60,000 bases of DNA. Origin: Lytechinus pictus. Taxonomy: Eukaryota. Below, in pieces: positions 29,101-40,526 of this stretch (its first letter is position 1; each line of letters opens with the position of its first letter). The DNA is taken from positions 19,098,001-19,158,000 of the forward strand of contig NC_087251.1 in NCBI RefSeq assembly GCF_037042905.1, written 5' to 3'. The translations under genes and the position numbers were made by a program. Under the pieces are notes generated by a model. That model saw nothing but the letters and a program-made list of their open reading frames with translations. It made no database searches and was not told the DNA's origin.

Positions 29101-32100
29101 TTGACAAAATTTTATGTTTTTGGTATCTTTGTAAAGAAGAAGAATCATTCTTTTAGGTCATGTGTTTGGATTTTTAAAAGAATGTTGTAATATAGAATAA
29201 ACTTTTGATCTAAAACATGAAACAAAATATTTTTTTTCATGCAACAAAAGTTGTTGTTTTCACACTTAAATTCTGTTTGGGAACAAATTATTTTTAAATC
29301 ATGATAAAGCTGAAGATCTAAGCTTTAATATGGTATAATTTTTTTAAGAAGATGTATTTTAGATGGGTCAGCAGCCAGCTTTTCATAGGCCAAGTACATT
29401 TTGCAGCTCAAAAACAAGAATACTGCGCTCTGATTGGTCATATAGACCACACACCCACGCAAATTCCAATGTTCCCCACACTGGGCCTCTGCAAGGTCAC
29501 ACTCACCATGTGGTAATCTCTTCAAATTACCCGCGCCTGTTTGTTTTGAAAACAATATTCAGCCAATCAGAACACTGGATTTTATGTTACTCAGAAATTT
29601 CAGAAATCTCGTCTTGCATCTTGATGGAAAAAGCTGGCTGCTGACCCATCTAAAAGATGCCACATATCAAAAGTGACATTGTAAGAAAGTATAGAGTTTG
29701 AGCTTTCTGATGATATAAAATAATTTTGGTGCCTAAAACACAAAATGTTGCACAATTTGCAAGTGAAAATAAAGGAAGAAAATTCTGCTTGATGCATCTT
29801 TTCAGGTAAAAAATTCACTTATTTATCAAAATATTTCATTCAAAAGAAATGACCAATATAAAAGAGTAACATTTACTCTTGCCCATGGTACAAAAATAAT
29901 CAATATTACTCAAGGAGAAAGTGGTTAAATTCTTTGAGAAAGAAAGTCTCACAGTTCACGAGATTTTGCAGGGACATGAATTCAGCCACGAGAGGACTTG
30001 GATAAATCTTGCTCATTTGCTCATTAACACAGGGGCTCGCGGACTGACATTATTCATACGTTAATATTTTTGTTGTTGTAATTATTCTCTTCTTTATTCT
30101 GAACCAACACCATTTCCACCTATACAGAGGGTGGTACAAGAGCATATTGAAAGTGGAAAGTTTGATGATAAAGATGATTTTACTGTGGTTTATCAGCCTT
30201 TCTTCCATGAGACGAATATCCCCAAACATGCGGTAAGTTACTTTGATTATTCCACTTAGTGCACAAAATAAACAGATAATAAATGAATAAAAGGATGCAA
30301 GATGAATACACAAACGAATGAATTAAGAAATATATGATTGAATAAATAGATAAAATAATCATAATTAATTAATATATAAATAAGTATAGTGATAATGGAA
30401 TGCTCTTTCGTTGTTTGTTGTTTCATAGTTGAATGCTCTTAAAGGAGAATGAAACACTTGGAGCAAGTAAGCTTTTGTGAAAGCAGAAAAATCAAAGAAT
30501 AAGATCAACAAAAGTTTGAGTAAAATAGGACTAGCAATAGAAGAGTTATGAGCATTTGAATGTCGAGATCACTAATGCTATAGAGATCCTCCAATTGGCA
30601 ATGCGACCAAGATCTATGATGTCACAGATGAGCAACTCTCCCCTTTTGGACACTGAAAATATACCCCAAAACATCTCTTTTTGCTCATTCTAATCATATG
30701 ACAAACGATTCATCAATGATATAATGTTGTGAAACCTCTGTACTTGTCCTCTCATAAAGAGAACACCTCACCTTGTGATAGACTCTATAAAAATGAGAAT
30801 ATAAGTGAAATAAGTACTAAAGTAATGAGGGAGTTGTACGTGTGTGACATCACAGATCTTGGTCGCATTGCCAATGGGAGGATCTACATGGCATTAGTGA
30901 TCTCAATATTCAAATGCTCATAACTTTCTTATTATTCATTCAATCTTCCTCAAACTTTCAACAATATGTTTCTTTGATTTTTCTCATTGATATGGATTCA
31001 GCTGGTTTCAAGGGTTTCATTCTCCTTTAAATTGAAAACTCTTTCGTGATTTGTAGTTTCATAGTGTAGCGTAATATAATTTATTTTAAATATTCTCATT
31101 GTAAGCGCTTTGGGCCTTATGTGAAAAGCGCCGTTGAAGTAATAAGCATTATTAAGTATTATTATAAATTAATAAACACATAAATACGAATAACTGAATA
31201 ATGAATAGATAAATGGATAGATGATGGTAATGTAGACAAGAGTGTAAATCTTTGAATTAGATCTTATTCGAATATCATAGTGATTTATATAGGATTTATT
31301 TCACTCAAAACGGAAGAAAAAGGGAAAAACATTACTGACAAGTTGACCAATGAAGTTACAGTTTTTAAACCCATAATTCATTTTTATTTAAAAAGATGGG
31401 AACGATTTTGAAGTCAAAGAGAACATAGATCTTGTAAACAGACTGAAATAAGATTACTTTGTAAATTGGGCATTTACAAATAAATTTCTGAACGGAATTA
31501 CGTTATTATGATGTGGAATTATTGTATTTTTGCCAATGTACCATTGATAAACAATTAACTAATAATCTTGTTTTTGTTTTGTTTGTTTATTGTTTGTCTG
31601 TTTTAGGATGGATCACCGGATAGTTCTTATTTTGCTTCCGATTGTTTTCATCTCAGTCAAAAGGGACAGGCTGCACAGGCTACAGCTAATTGGAATGGAC
31701 TGGTAAGTAGATTGCTATGTAGATGGGTTCGGCTCAAGAATGAATGCGGGAAAGGGGAGAACAGCCATCGAGAAAAAAATATCGCAGAAGCGAGCCAGTT
31801 ATTATTATTCATTCTTATCCCGCTAAAATTGTTTTATTACACCAATTATTCTAATGGGAAACGAAGCAAGACAAGGTAACAACAACGGCAATGCAAGAAA
31901 AAAATGAAAGAAAAATAGACAAACATCAGGAAAGCGATATCATCATTAGAACAGAAATGCGCGATTGAATGTATCAGTTTGTTCAAACTATAATGTTTTG
32001 AACATAGATGGCGCTATATGACTTTCAATTCTCAAAATGTTTATAATGGTTTAATTTTTAATAAAAAGGAAATGATGTCGCAGCCACCATTAAAAAAAAT

Positions 32101-35100
32101 CAAGAAAATTGATTTCTGTAATACCATACATTCTATTTAATGGCGATTGAGACTTTCGTTATGTAAGGTTTTTAAATTTTATTTTGGCAACTATAATGTT
32201 TACAACTACAGTTGGCGCTATGCTTGTTTCGAGTACAGGACTGAGCCGTTTTATTGTATTGCGCATATCAGAGGGACAACTGTCTCTTAACGCGGCTCAT
32301 TATTATTATTGTTATTTATGCAGTCATCAGATCCTAGCTTGACTGCACAATACGTTCTTTCTCCACTCCCTGTGTAATATTACAGAAAGGTTCACCATGC
32401 TCATTTACCCCATTACTCTTACAAAGTTTCTCACGACGAAGCGAGAGTCTGTGGAAAGCCAGACGAGAGCAAAGATTAAATCTCATTAATACAAACATTA
32501 CAGGATGTTTTTATGTCTTACTTCTCAGGATCTTATGAATTAAGTTTGTTCACATACATAATTGAATGGTGCTCTTTTTAAAATTTCTTTAATTCTCTCT
32601 CTCTCTTTCTCTAGTATTTAATTTCCATTTATTTTTCTTTGTACTAAGTTTATTCCTCGATAATAATTCATACTACACGTCAAGTGTTATCTAGAAGACC
32701 AATATATCTGAAGGCAATTGTAGATGATTTTTATTCTTGTCATTACTATCTTCCATTCTTGAGCCGAAAATAATTTTGCTAAAGGGCGAATCACTAATCA
32801 TTCAGGTTTGTCGTGCAATGTTTATTCATCAAAAAAAGAGAAAAGAAAACAAAAAATAATTTTCTAGATAGGCCTACCTGCAAACTTTTAAGTAGATTGT
32901 AATATTTTTATTTTTCTTTTATTCAATATTTATTGATTGACCTGATGGTGAACATGTCAAAGTCAGCGAGATCTTGAGTGGGTTTTAAGAATATACTCAG
33001 AAGAATATATTAATTTATTCACGCATGGGATGAATGCAAGCCAGCGAAAAGGATAAATAAAATCAACATTTATCTTTAGCTTTTAACATTATTTCGAAGA
33101 CTTCAATAATGAGCAGGGTAAAAACAAACAAAGAAATAAGTTCTCAATGTAAACCAAATCCTCAAATCATAAGAATGTAAAAGGTTTGATAGCGAAAATT
33201 TTCAAGGATTATAATGTGATTGAACGGCATGTCTAACCTTTAATATTTTTAAACTATAGATGGCGCTATACAGCTTTTGAATTGAGCATTAAAAGAAACA
33301 AACTTCATAGCTTACCAGAAACGTGAAGAAGTTTACCAAATATACAAAAACAAGCTTACAAACGTATTTTTAATGATTTGTTTGCTCTTTTCGACAGAAT
33401 TGAAACATGGATTAAAGTATGGAGATTCATTAAAAATTGTAAATCGAATATAATGTTTCTAACTAGAGATGGCGCTAGACAGGTTTTTATACCTTTTATA
33501 CACCTTGCAGAACAACGATGATTACATATAGCATAGCAGAATATGAATTCAACATTAATATTTTTCATTGAAATGCTGAAATAACAAGGAAAATTTTGAC
33601 AGCAAAAAAAAACCTATCTTACAGAACGTGACATCTAAAAAGAATTTAAGTTAAATGTGGATTTGACATGATATCACTTCAATTGAAATAATAAATTAAT
33701 ATGGATTGAGTTTTGAAATTAGGAAAAAAAAATGACTCTTTTTTATAAGTATCAATAACTTTTCATGTTTTCATTTTGGTTGTTGTTTTTCACTGTCAAT
33801 GAAATCCATGAAACAAAATTACGTTGGTGTAGTGACTGATTAAATAAAAAAACAAAATGGAAGAAAAGAATAACTTCTCCTCTTATTTTCTAAATCTATA
33901 ACTCTTATGATTTTTGTAGATGGAAATAATGTTTGGTCGTTAGAGATCCCTTGAAGGCGGTTATTCATTGGACTTTTCCTTCGAATTATCAAAATAGTAA
34001 TCTCATCTAACGAATCTTCTTTCAACATTTACCGGGAAGTACTATCACGACGCCTAGGAGAAAAAAGGAACTAAATTAAACATTTAACTAATCTTAGTCA
34101 TGATTTTCTTTGAGAAAGTGCTATAGCGCTATTTCTAGTTACAAACATTATATTGTTTTAATAAACTAGATCGAAAGTGCCATTTCAAACTGAAAATGTT
34201 TTTCTCAATATGAAAGATTACATTAATAATGCAAAATAAGGTGATTTAACTCTTTTGTACCTTTGCTAGATTATTCCATTGTATTTCGCAGTAAATATCA
34301 AAATTATAAAAATAAAATCAATCAAGGTTTGTGAAAAGAAATTACCTGTTTATGATTGCACTCCTTTTGAATAGAAACCACGGTTCGTTTTAGGGCTTCA
34401 CCCATTTTAAATTACAGAAATGTTTCTGGGTGAAGTCTACTTTGATTTTATTGTATAAAATGAAAATCTTTAAAATGCTGGGTGAAGGCGGTTGTTTATT
34501 GTACCTTTCCTTCTAATTATCAGAAAAATAATCTCATCTGACGAATCTTTATTCAACATTTACCGGGAAGTACTATCACAACGCCTAGGAGAAAGGGATA
34601 AACTAAATTAACCATTTAACCAATCTTAGTCATGTATTTCATTGAGAAAGTGGTCTAGCGCCATCTCTTGTCACAAACATTATATTGTTTCAATAAACAA
34701 TATTCAAAGTGTGTTTTCTTCTAAATGTTACTTCCCACGTTTCGAAGAATGAATTAAATAATTAAAATAAAGACAGTTTTTTTCATACCCTTGTCATATT
34801 TAAAAATTGTTCTTTAGATTGTTAAAGCTTGAATTTTCATTTACTGAAATAAAAAAGCGGAATAGCGCCAGCTACAGTCCAAAAATGTATGGTAATGTAA
34901 AGTTCGTATGAAAAGGATAGTTTGAATTTAGAGGGTGGCTATTCAATTATTTAATCTTAAATTTAAATTGCTTAAAATACATAAGCATCTCCTTAGCTTT
35001 ATGTTGCTATCTTACTCGTACATATATCAAACATGACCAAATGAAAGTACGAAATTTATTTTTTGAAAATTATTTTGGCAATTTGTCATTATCAGCGACA

Positions 35101-35247
35101 CATTCCCATGAATGAATTCAAATTATGTAGCAAAAATAAAAATGCATATTTGATATCATTTCAACCGACTTTGAATTACCTTTCCACTTAATGATGTGTG
35201 TAAGTATTTATTCAATCTAATTGCTTTAAAATTATTCTACACATTGA

Positions 35248-35282
<35 letters not shown>

Positions 35283-38234
35283 CAAAGAAAAAAATTACAA
35301 TGAACATCAAAATATTTTTAAGAATTACAATAAAACCTATAAAATGAAACTACTAAGTAAAAAAATTAAGTTGAATATTGTTTTCAATCAAGCTTTGTGG
35401 AAATAAAAAAAAATTGTTCTGTCGTTGCGTTCTTCTTGAATACTAACCACTGTCCTTTTGAAAATCCATCAACACTTTTTTTTTCAAGAATTGATTCGGG
35501 ATCGAATCCTATTTAATTATTTATTTCATCGGATAAAAAGGGCTTTGACATGTTGGGTGAAGATGGTTGTCAATTGTACTGTTTAAATTATTGAAATGAT
35601 AACTTCATCCGACAAATCTTCGTTCAACATTTAGTATTGTCACCACGCCTTGGAGAAAGGAAAAACGGAATTCTCATTCTAATTTTATTCACTCTCTCTG
35701 TGAGAAAGTGGTATAGCGCCATCTCTAGTTACAAACATTATATTGTTTCAATGCACAATATCAAAAGGGTTATTTTTCAATGAAAATAGTTTTCTTAAGA
35801 TTAAAAAAGGGAAGTAAATGACGAAAATTATGCGATTTAGCTATCTCATAGCTTTGTTATATTTTCAAATCGTTCATTTAGTAATTTCTGCTTTAATTTA
35901 CATTAACTGAAACTTAAAAGTAGTATAGCGCCAGCTATAGTCCAAAATTGTATAGTTATGTAAAGTTCGTATGAAAAGGATATTTTGGATTTAGAGGGAA
36001 GCTCTTCAGAGATTATTTAATCTCACAATTTGAAATTACCTGAAATACATTAGATTTGCGTTTACGTTGATGTTGTCACACATGACCAAATGAATAGATA
36101 CGAAATTGAATAGGTACGGAATTGATTTTTAAATGATTATTTTTGTAATTTATGATTTTTAGCAACACATTCCCGAGAATAAATGTTACATAAGATAATG
36201 TAGCCAAAATGAAAATGCATATTTGACATCATTTCTGTCGATTTGAAAGCACCGTTTCACATTATACGTTTTTATGATTTATTATATCTAACTTTTTAGA
36301 ATCTCATTTTAGATATTTTCAATTATTTTTTAGTCATTTTTTTCACGTTGGGGATCAAACTCTTAAAAAAACCATTCAGACCGGTCATTTATTTGAGAGA
36401 ACCTGAAAAATAACGACCCTCTTTTAATCAAGGTTTGTAAATAGAGAAGTATTGTTTTTTCGTAGCACTCACATGAATTGAAACCAGTGCCACATATGAA
36501 GTCCATTGACTTTTTACCCTTAGGAACACATTCAGGATCGAATATTAATTTCGAAGGTATAACCATAGATTTTGCAATCATTGCATTAATTTGGCAGGAC
36601 GAAGGACGCTTTTTTTGTTTTGAAATTGTTACCTTTATTTTACCCGCTTTAAAAAAAAAATTATTGCATATACAGTATATTTGAACTCGTCTAAATTAAA
36701 TCAAAACATTCAACCATTCTGAGTAACACTCTATTACTAAATTGGTATAGCGCCATCTCTGTTACATACATTATATTGTTTAATTGAGCAATATCAGAAG
36801 TGCTATTTTTTAATTATGAGAGCAATCTTTATGTGAAATAGTGAAGTAGGAGTCGGAAATAGAATAAGGTAGCTGTTCTGTACCTTTGTAATATTTTTTT
36901 AACTGTTCTGTTGGTCAATTAAACTTAAATATATGTTACTGAAGATTTAAAGAGGTATAGCGCCATCTATAGTTTGAAACGTTAAAGTAATGCAATGTTC
37001 GGAAAAACAGGATAGCTCAGACTTAGATGGATAGTATTCATAAATTATTAAAATCTGTCATTTCAACTGACCGCAATATCAATGAGCAACTGCTTAGCTT
37101 TTCATTGATATCCAAATTGAACCTTATTGAATTATCTCATATCATAATAATAATAAAAAAACTATTATAAATAGATAAATTCAGTATAAATTCTATGTTA
37201 CAATCAATAAGGCATTCATGCCCACATGGGTGTCGATCGGGGGGGGGGGGGAGATATGGAGAGATAATATACCCCACCAATATTTCAATGGGGGATGAGC
37301 TTTAGTATCACCACCAGTAATTTACAGTAGAACATTTTTATCATTATGATGAATCAAATGACAAGTATGATAAAATAGGAGTCAAAGTCGATTATCATGT
37401 CATCATTTTTATTATTAGAAAAAAATATCGAGCAAAATATGCATATAAAGCGGTGGCTTTGTTTTTTAAATTTCAGTTTGAACCGGTTGGAAGCAAACGC
37501 TTAGAATGGGTTCCAGGTGAAAAACTGAACTGCCCCTCTGAGGTGAGTAATCACTTTCCTTGATCCCGTTTCTTAACCTATTGCATACTGGAACCAGTCG
37601 ATCCCTGTACAAAACCTATGAAAATTACATGATTCAGTTGTGAACAGATTAAGAATTAACGAGGGGTCTTAAGTTATTTCTTATTTATATTTATAATACA
37701 TTTCATAATGAACCAAAGAAATCTATTTTTTAATTTAACAAAATTTAGGAAATAATGTTTTTTTTTTGTGAGAGCCTCTCCATGGAAAAACATAAAGAGG
37801 CAGACCCAGGAGGACGTAATTGATTCTCTACAAACAGACACTAGTCTCCATGAAATACAAGAAATAATCAATTCAATAAAGAATGGAGGCCTCTTGAGAA
37901 AACTTGTCCTCGGATCTTGAGAATACACCCGACCTGATTGATAATTTTTTTTTATATCGATACCTGATATTTATGTTTGTATTTTAAAAAAATTTCCTTT
38001 CAGGAATTTCCGTACATTTACACAAATGTCAATAGCAAGTCCGATGGCCTACAACACGGTTACTACCAGTCTGATGTCAATGAAAACCCAAACCAAAAGC
38101 TCTCGAAACAAACTTTCATCATCGTCGGAGTCATAGGCGGGGTCATGTTGGTCATCATCATCGCTGCCATTGTAGTTCGTATCTCGAAGAAACCTAATCG
38201 ATTGTCTTTAAATGGCTCCTACCAACGTCTGTGA
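14145..38234 (+). CDS. PLB1: Phospholipase B1-like membrane-anchored GDSL/SGNH lipase, paralog B (complete, 14 exons, 449 aa)
   Basis: Exons 14145-14199, 15439-15536, 19873-19927, 20843-20901, 21397-21464, 22112-22155, 22852-22966, 23115-23310, 23745-23836, 28387-28456, 30128-30232, 31607-31702, 37477-37542, 38004-38234. Total 1350 nt in frame, all GT-AG. Signal peptide MASLWLWILMSAISIVNG; GDSLS; DWKFITLFIGGNDLC; FTVVYQPFF; DCFH catalytic Asp/His; TM helix FIIVGVIGGVMLVIIIAAIVV; tail ends YQRL*. Confidence 0.93.
14686..14795. repeat. (GAA)n microsatellite
   Basis: Seen directly. Confidence 0.85.
15439..15536 (+). CDS. PLB1: PLB1-like paralog B exon 2
   Basis: DIEDDFRGLYEVYDDYHLFLGHVSETTRDDIES; pyrimidine tract + AG, donor GTAAGG; phase 1 to 0. 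Confidence 0.78.
17080..17230. repeat. (AAT/GAT)n microsatellite
   Basis: Seen directly. Confidence 0.85.
19873..19927 (+). CDS. PLB1: PLB1-like paralog B exon 3
   Basis: VGMEFNCHSSVSPEKPTS; homologous to paralog A exon 3. Confidence 0.88.
20084..20656. mobile_element. Kolobok-like MITE
   Basis: TTAA TSD at 20080-20083 and 20657-20660; AGGGG...CCCCT termini; long imperfect inverted arms. Confidence 0.8.
20843..20901 (+). CDS. PLB1: PLB1-like paralog B exon 4 (GDSL)
   Basis: VHKLRPGDINVVAGIGDSLS. Confidence 0.93.
21020..21362. repeat. (GAT/GAC)n microsatellite
   Basis: Seen directly; lies in intron 4 of paralog B. Confidence 0.9.
21397..21464 (+). CDS. PLB1: PLB1-like paralog B exon 5
   Basis: TAYAAGAPIFLPVMLNYWGVSA. 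Confidence 0.88.
22112..22155 (+). CDS. PLB1: PLB1-like paralog B exon 6
   Basis: SIGGDKSLSSVGTLP. Confidence 0.9.
22852..22966 (+). CDS. PLB1: PLB1-like paralog B exon 7
   Basis: NILRKYNPDILGYSTG...FNHAVVGAKA. Confidence 0.92.
23115..23310 (+). CDS. PLB1: PLB1-like paralog B exon 8
   Basis: GLPKQARKLIDDL...DWKFITLFIGGNDLC...FHDE (SGNH block III). Confidence 0.93.
23357..23562. mobile_element. PIF/Harbinger-like MITE
   Basis: TIR ggggtgttgcaagaaa / tttcttgcaacacccc; TTA on both flanks. Confidence 0.75.
23745..23836 (+). CDS. PLB1: PLB1-like paralog B exon 9
   Basis: VPRAIVNLVGVLNAYILPELDGSLKCNLVH. Confidence 0.92.
24118..28017. mobile_element. 3.9-kb non-autonomous foldback element, Academ-like, with arms made of ~625-bp tandem units
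   Basis: TIR TAGTAGACCGGCCAAAA / TTTTGGCCGGTCTACTA; 3-bp TSD TAA at 24115-24117 and 28018-28020. Left arm has ~2 units (24150-25330); right arm has ~3 inverted units (26290-27975). Confidence 0.85.
25554..25777. mobile_element. hAT-like G-rich MITE nested in the foldback centre
   Basis: TIR cagtagcgtaccta / taggtacgctagtg; 8-bp TSD CATAGAAA at 25546-25553 and 25778-25785. Confidence 0.85.
28387..28456 (+). CDS. PLB1: PLB1-like paralog B exon 10
   Basis: IVCSCLHKDGGKEAIYERAKEYQ (CxC motif); phase 2 to 0. Confidence 0.88.
28820..28950 (+). mobile_element. SINE fragment with L2-type 3' tail
   Basis: gacccaggtgaggtgaatggagtaccc core followed by gcgctacat...attattat tail; recognised by resemblance only. 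Confidence 0.45.
28999..30006. mobile_element. Possible ~1-kb non-autonomous DNA element
   Basis: Terminal IR tttatccaagt / acttggataaa, plus an internal ~27-bp IR ttttagatgggtcagcagccagctttt (~29357) / aaaagctggctgctgacccatctaaaa (~29629). Confidence 0.5.
30128..30232 (+). CDS. PLB1: PLB1-like paralog B exon 11
   Basis: RVVQEHIESGKFDDKDDFTVVYQPFFHETNIPKHA. Confidence 0.92.
30443..31026. mobile_element. Kolobok-like MITE
   Basis: TTAA|AGGAGAATGAAAC ... GTTTCATTCTCCT|TTAA; arms inverted over ~200 bp. Confidence 0.85.
31607..31702 (+). CDS. PLB1: PLB1-like paralog B exon 12 (catalytic DxxH)
   Basis: DGSPDSSYFASDCFHLSQKGQAAQATANWNGL. Confidence 0.93.
31985..37090. repeat. Degenerate long-period (~0.5-1.05 kb) repeat region carrying 11 copies of an AGATGGCGCTA motif
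   Basis: Homologous blocks at ~33930-34260, 34480-35200, 35550-36260 and 36700-37090; related copies in opposite orientation at 31985-32230 and 33240-33480. Confidence 0.7.
35246..35283. repeat. (GATT)n microsatellite
   Basis: Seen directly. Confidence 0.85.
37477..37542 (+). CDS. PLB1: PLB1-like paralog B exon 13
   Basis: FEPVGSKRLEWVPGEKLNCPSE. Confidence 0.9.
38004..38234 (+). CDS. PLB1: PLB1-like paralog B exon 14 (TM anchor, stop)
   Basis: EFPYIYTNVNS...TM helix...GSYQRL*; TGA at 38232-38234. Confidence 0.9.
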   Translation, partial: EFPYIYTNVNSKSDGLQHGYYQSDVNENPNQKLSKQTFIIVGVIGGVMLVIIIAAIVVRISKKPNRLSLNGSYQRL

Positions 38235-40526
38235 TAGCTTCTATGGGATGTGCAATTTCAGTTTGATCGGTTCTTCCATAACAACATCGACAACGTCTAG
38301 AGCATCGACGACGGCAACGTGACCTAATCCCCTCTCCCTTTATTCAAGACATTATTATGATAAAAATGTGGAAGTAGATAAGGTGTGGTTAAAGGTTTAT
38401 GTTGGTCAGCATTTGAACCTTTCTATACAAAATCTATAAATCGAGTCTTACGATCATTAAATTGATTTTACATAATTGTATTCATAGGTATTGTGAAGCC
38501 ATAAGACCATAATCCCATACATTCTTCAAAGTAATCAATGATTTGTTGATCGATATGTATACTACCCCCAATAGTTAAAACTTCTTAACAAATTTTATCA
38601 TCATCTTATAGGAGGGTGAAAGAACCTATTATAACCAGGTCAAAATGCATCACAATATATTTCATTTTTATACCGTCCTTAATCATTTTTCACACTCATT
38701 GTTTACTACTTTCATCGTGTAAAACCAAGATAAATTAACATTCCATTATCAGACAGTATTATTTTGTGCAATGGATTATGAGCTAATTGTATCATTGATA
38801 TGTCAATGTTTTTTTTTCTGTTTATTTTTGCAAAAAAATCTATCAAGCATAACACTGATCTATATCTGGCGTAAAATAAGATTTATTGATGTTTTGAAGT
38901 TTTGCTCAATTTTACAAAACAATCTTTGAGCATAACCTAAGTAATATGTATATAAGGAACCCGATAATCACACTCGCTATTTCTTTTGTTTCAAATTTCA
39001 AATTTTGTAACATTTTTATTACATGCTGAAATAATCCATAAACACGCCGTGTATTATGATTCATTTATTATCAAACCTACAAAAATAAGACATTAGATAT
39101 TTTAACTGAAATACAACAGAAAATAGGTAAATTGGCTCTTATATACATTTCACCCAATTAATAATAATAAAAAAATACTCAGCATGAAACCATTTTGTGA
39201 TTCGAGCGAAATGTCACAACTTCCGTCTATCCATACCCCCTCTCCTCTGCCACGGCCCCTCTCTCTCGGCCCTTCCCGAAAGTTCTCCCGCCACTTCTTC
39301 ATTTATGAATATGATGTAACAATGTTTTCATTTGCATTTATGTAAAACATAATGTATTGTATAACGTTTATTTGGAATGCACAGTTTTTGTTATGCTACA
39401 GTTTTATTCATGAAATTAGTTTACAACATATTAAGATGAATAGAATATATTTGTTTATTTATTTATCTGAATATGTTGTAAAATAATTTTCTACATCACC
39501 TATCCATGAAATTATTTGTATATAAGAATATGAGAATATTAAAATAAATTCTGATGGTGAACATAGTTTGTATCAATTTTTCGAAACTGCTTCAATACCA
39601 AATTTGTTGGGGATCGTTTTATTTTATTTTTACATAAGTCCTTACATCAGTCATTAGACCGACAGGATAAAATAAAATTAGTGAGGGTCGATTGGGGGGG
39701 GGACACACAAGTAAACTGGGTTAGATTAAAGAAGGAAAGGAGAAGGGCAAACAGAAATATGTGGAGATCATGAACATTTGAGAGGGAGAGATGATAAGAG
39801 ATGGGATGCTGAGAAGAAAGGAAGAAAAGAGGACTCTCTGGTCAGTGAGAGAAAGAACAGAGAGGAGAGGCCTGGGAGGAAAGTGAGAGAAGAAAGAGAG
39901 AGAGAGAGACAAACAGACGGAGACAGACACATGGAAAGATAATCCGGATTATTACCGAAAGGTTGGAAAATTATTCGTTAAGATTGATTAACACTGATAC
40001 AATATGGCCAATTAGTCAATGATGAGCATGAATTTAGTGATTGGACACTTTATTGGATGAATCATTTTCCCTCTAACGTACATGCCTGTGTCAATTCAAA
40101 GAAATTATCCGATTGCGGATTTTTAACAAGCAAAACAAAGAGCAAGCAAACGTTTTTTTTTTCATGATTTTTCATAACTAGTCCCCCTATTTCCATTTCT
40201 TCAGTCTTCAAAGATACCATAAACGATAACGTGTACAATAACGAGACAGACTAGAAATTTTCAGTACCTACGTGGCAATAGTAGGACGTGCAATTCACTT
40301 TCTCTGAAAAAATCAGGAAAATATCAGGAAAATTCTGTAAATTATACCAATACCGCGTTGTTAGTCTAAATTGTGCATTTGGAACATCGCTATATGGTCA
40401 AGTGACAGGGTAAGCGAACATTTGTGGGCTTTTTAAGCACTTCACACTTACTTTATGTCGCAGGTCGCACCTATATACGCACCGTACTAACATTCAAATT
40501 TCCCGCCCTTTTACCAAAGGCCAATC

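Noticed and set aside
40410..40463. Possible mini-intron (G|GTAAGC...TCGCAG|G) in the LINE 5' region
   Set aside because: Only 54 nt; LINEs rarely retain introns and there is no transcript evidence.
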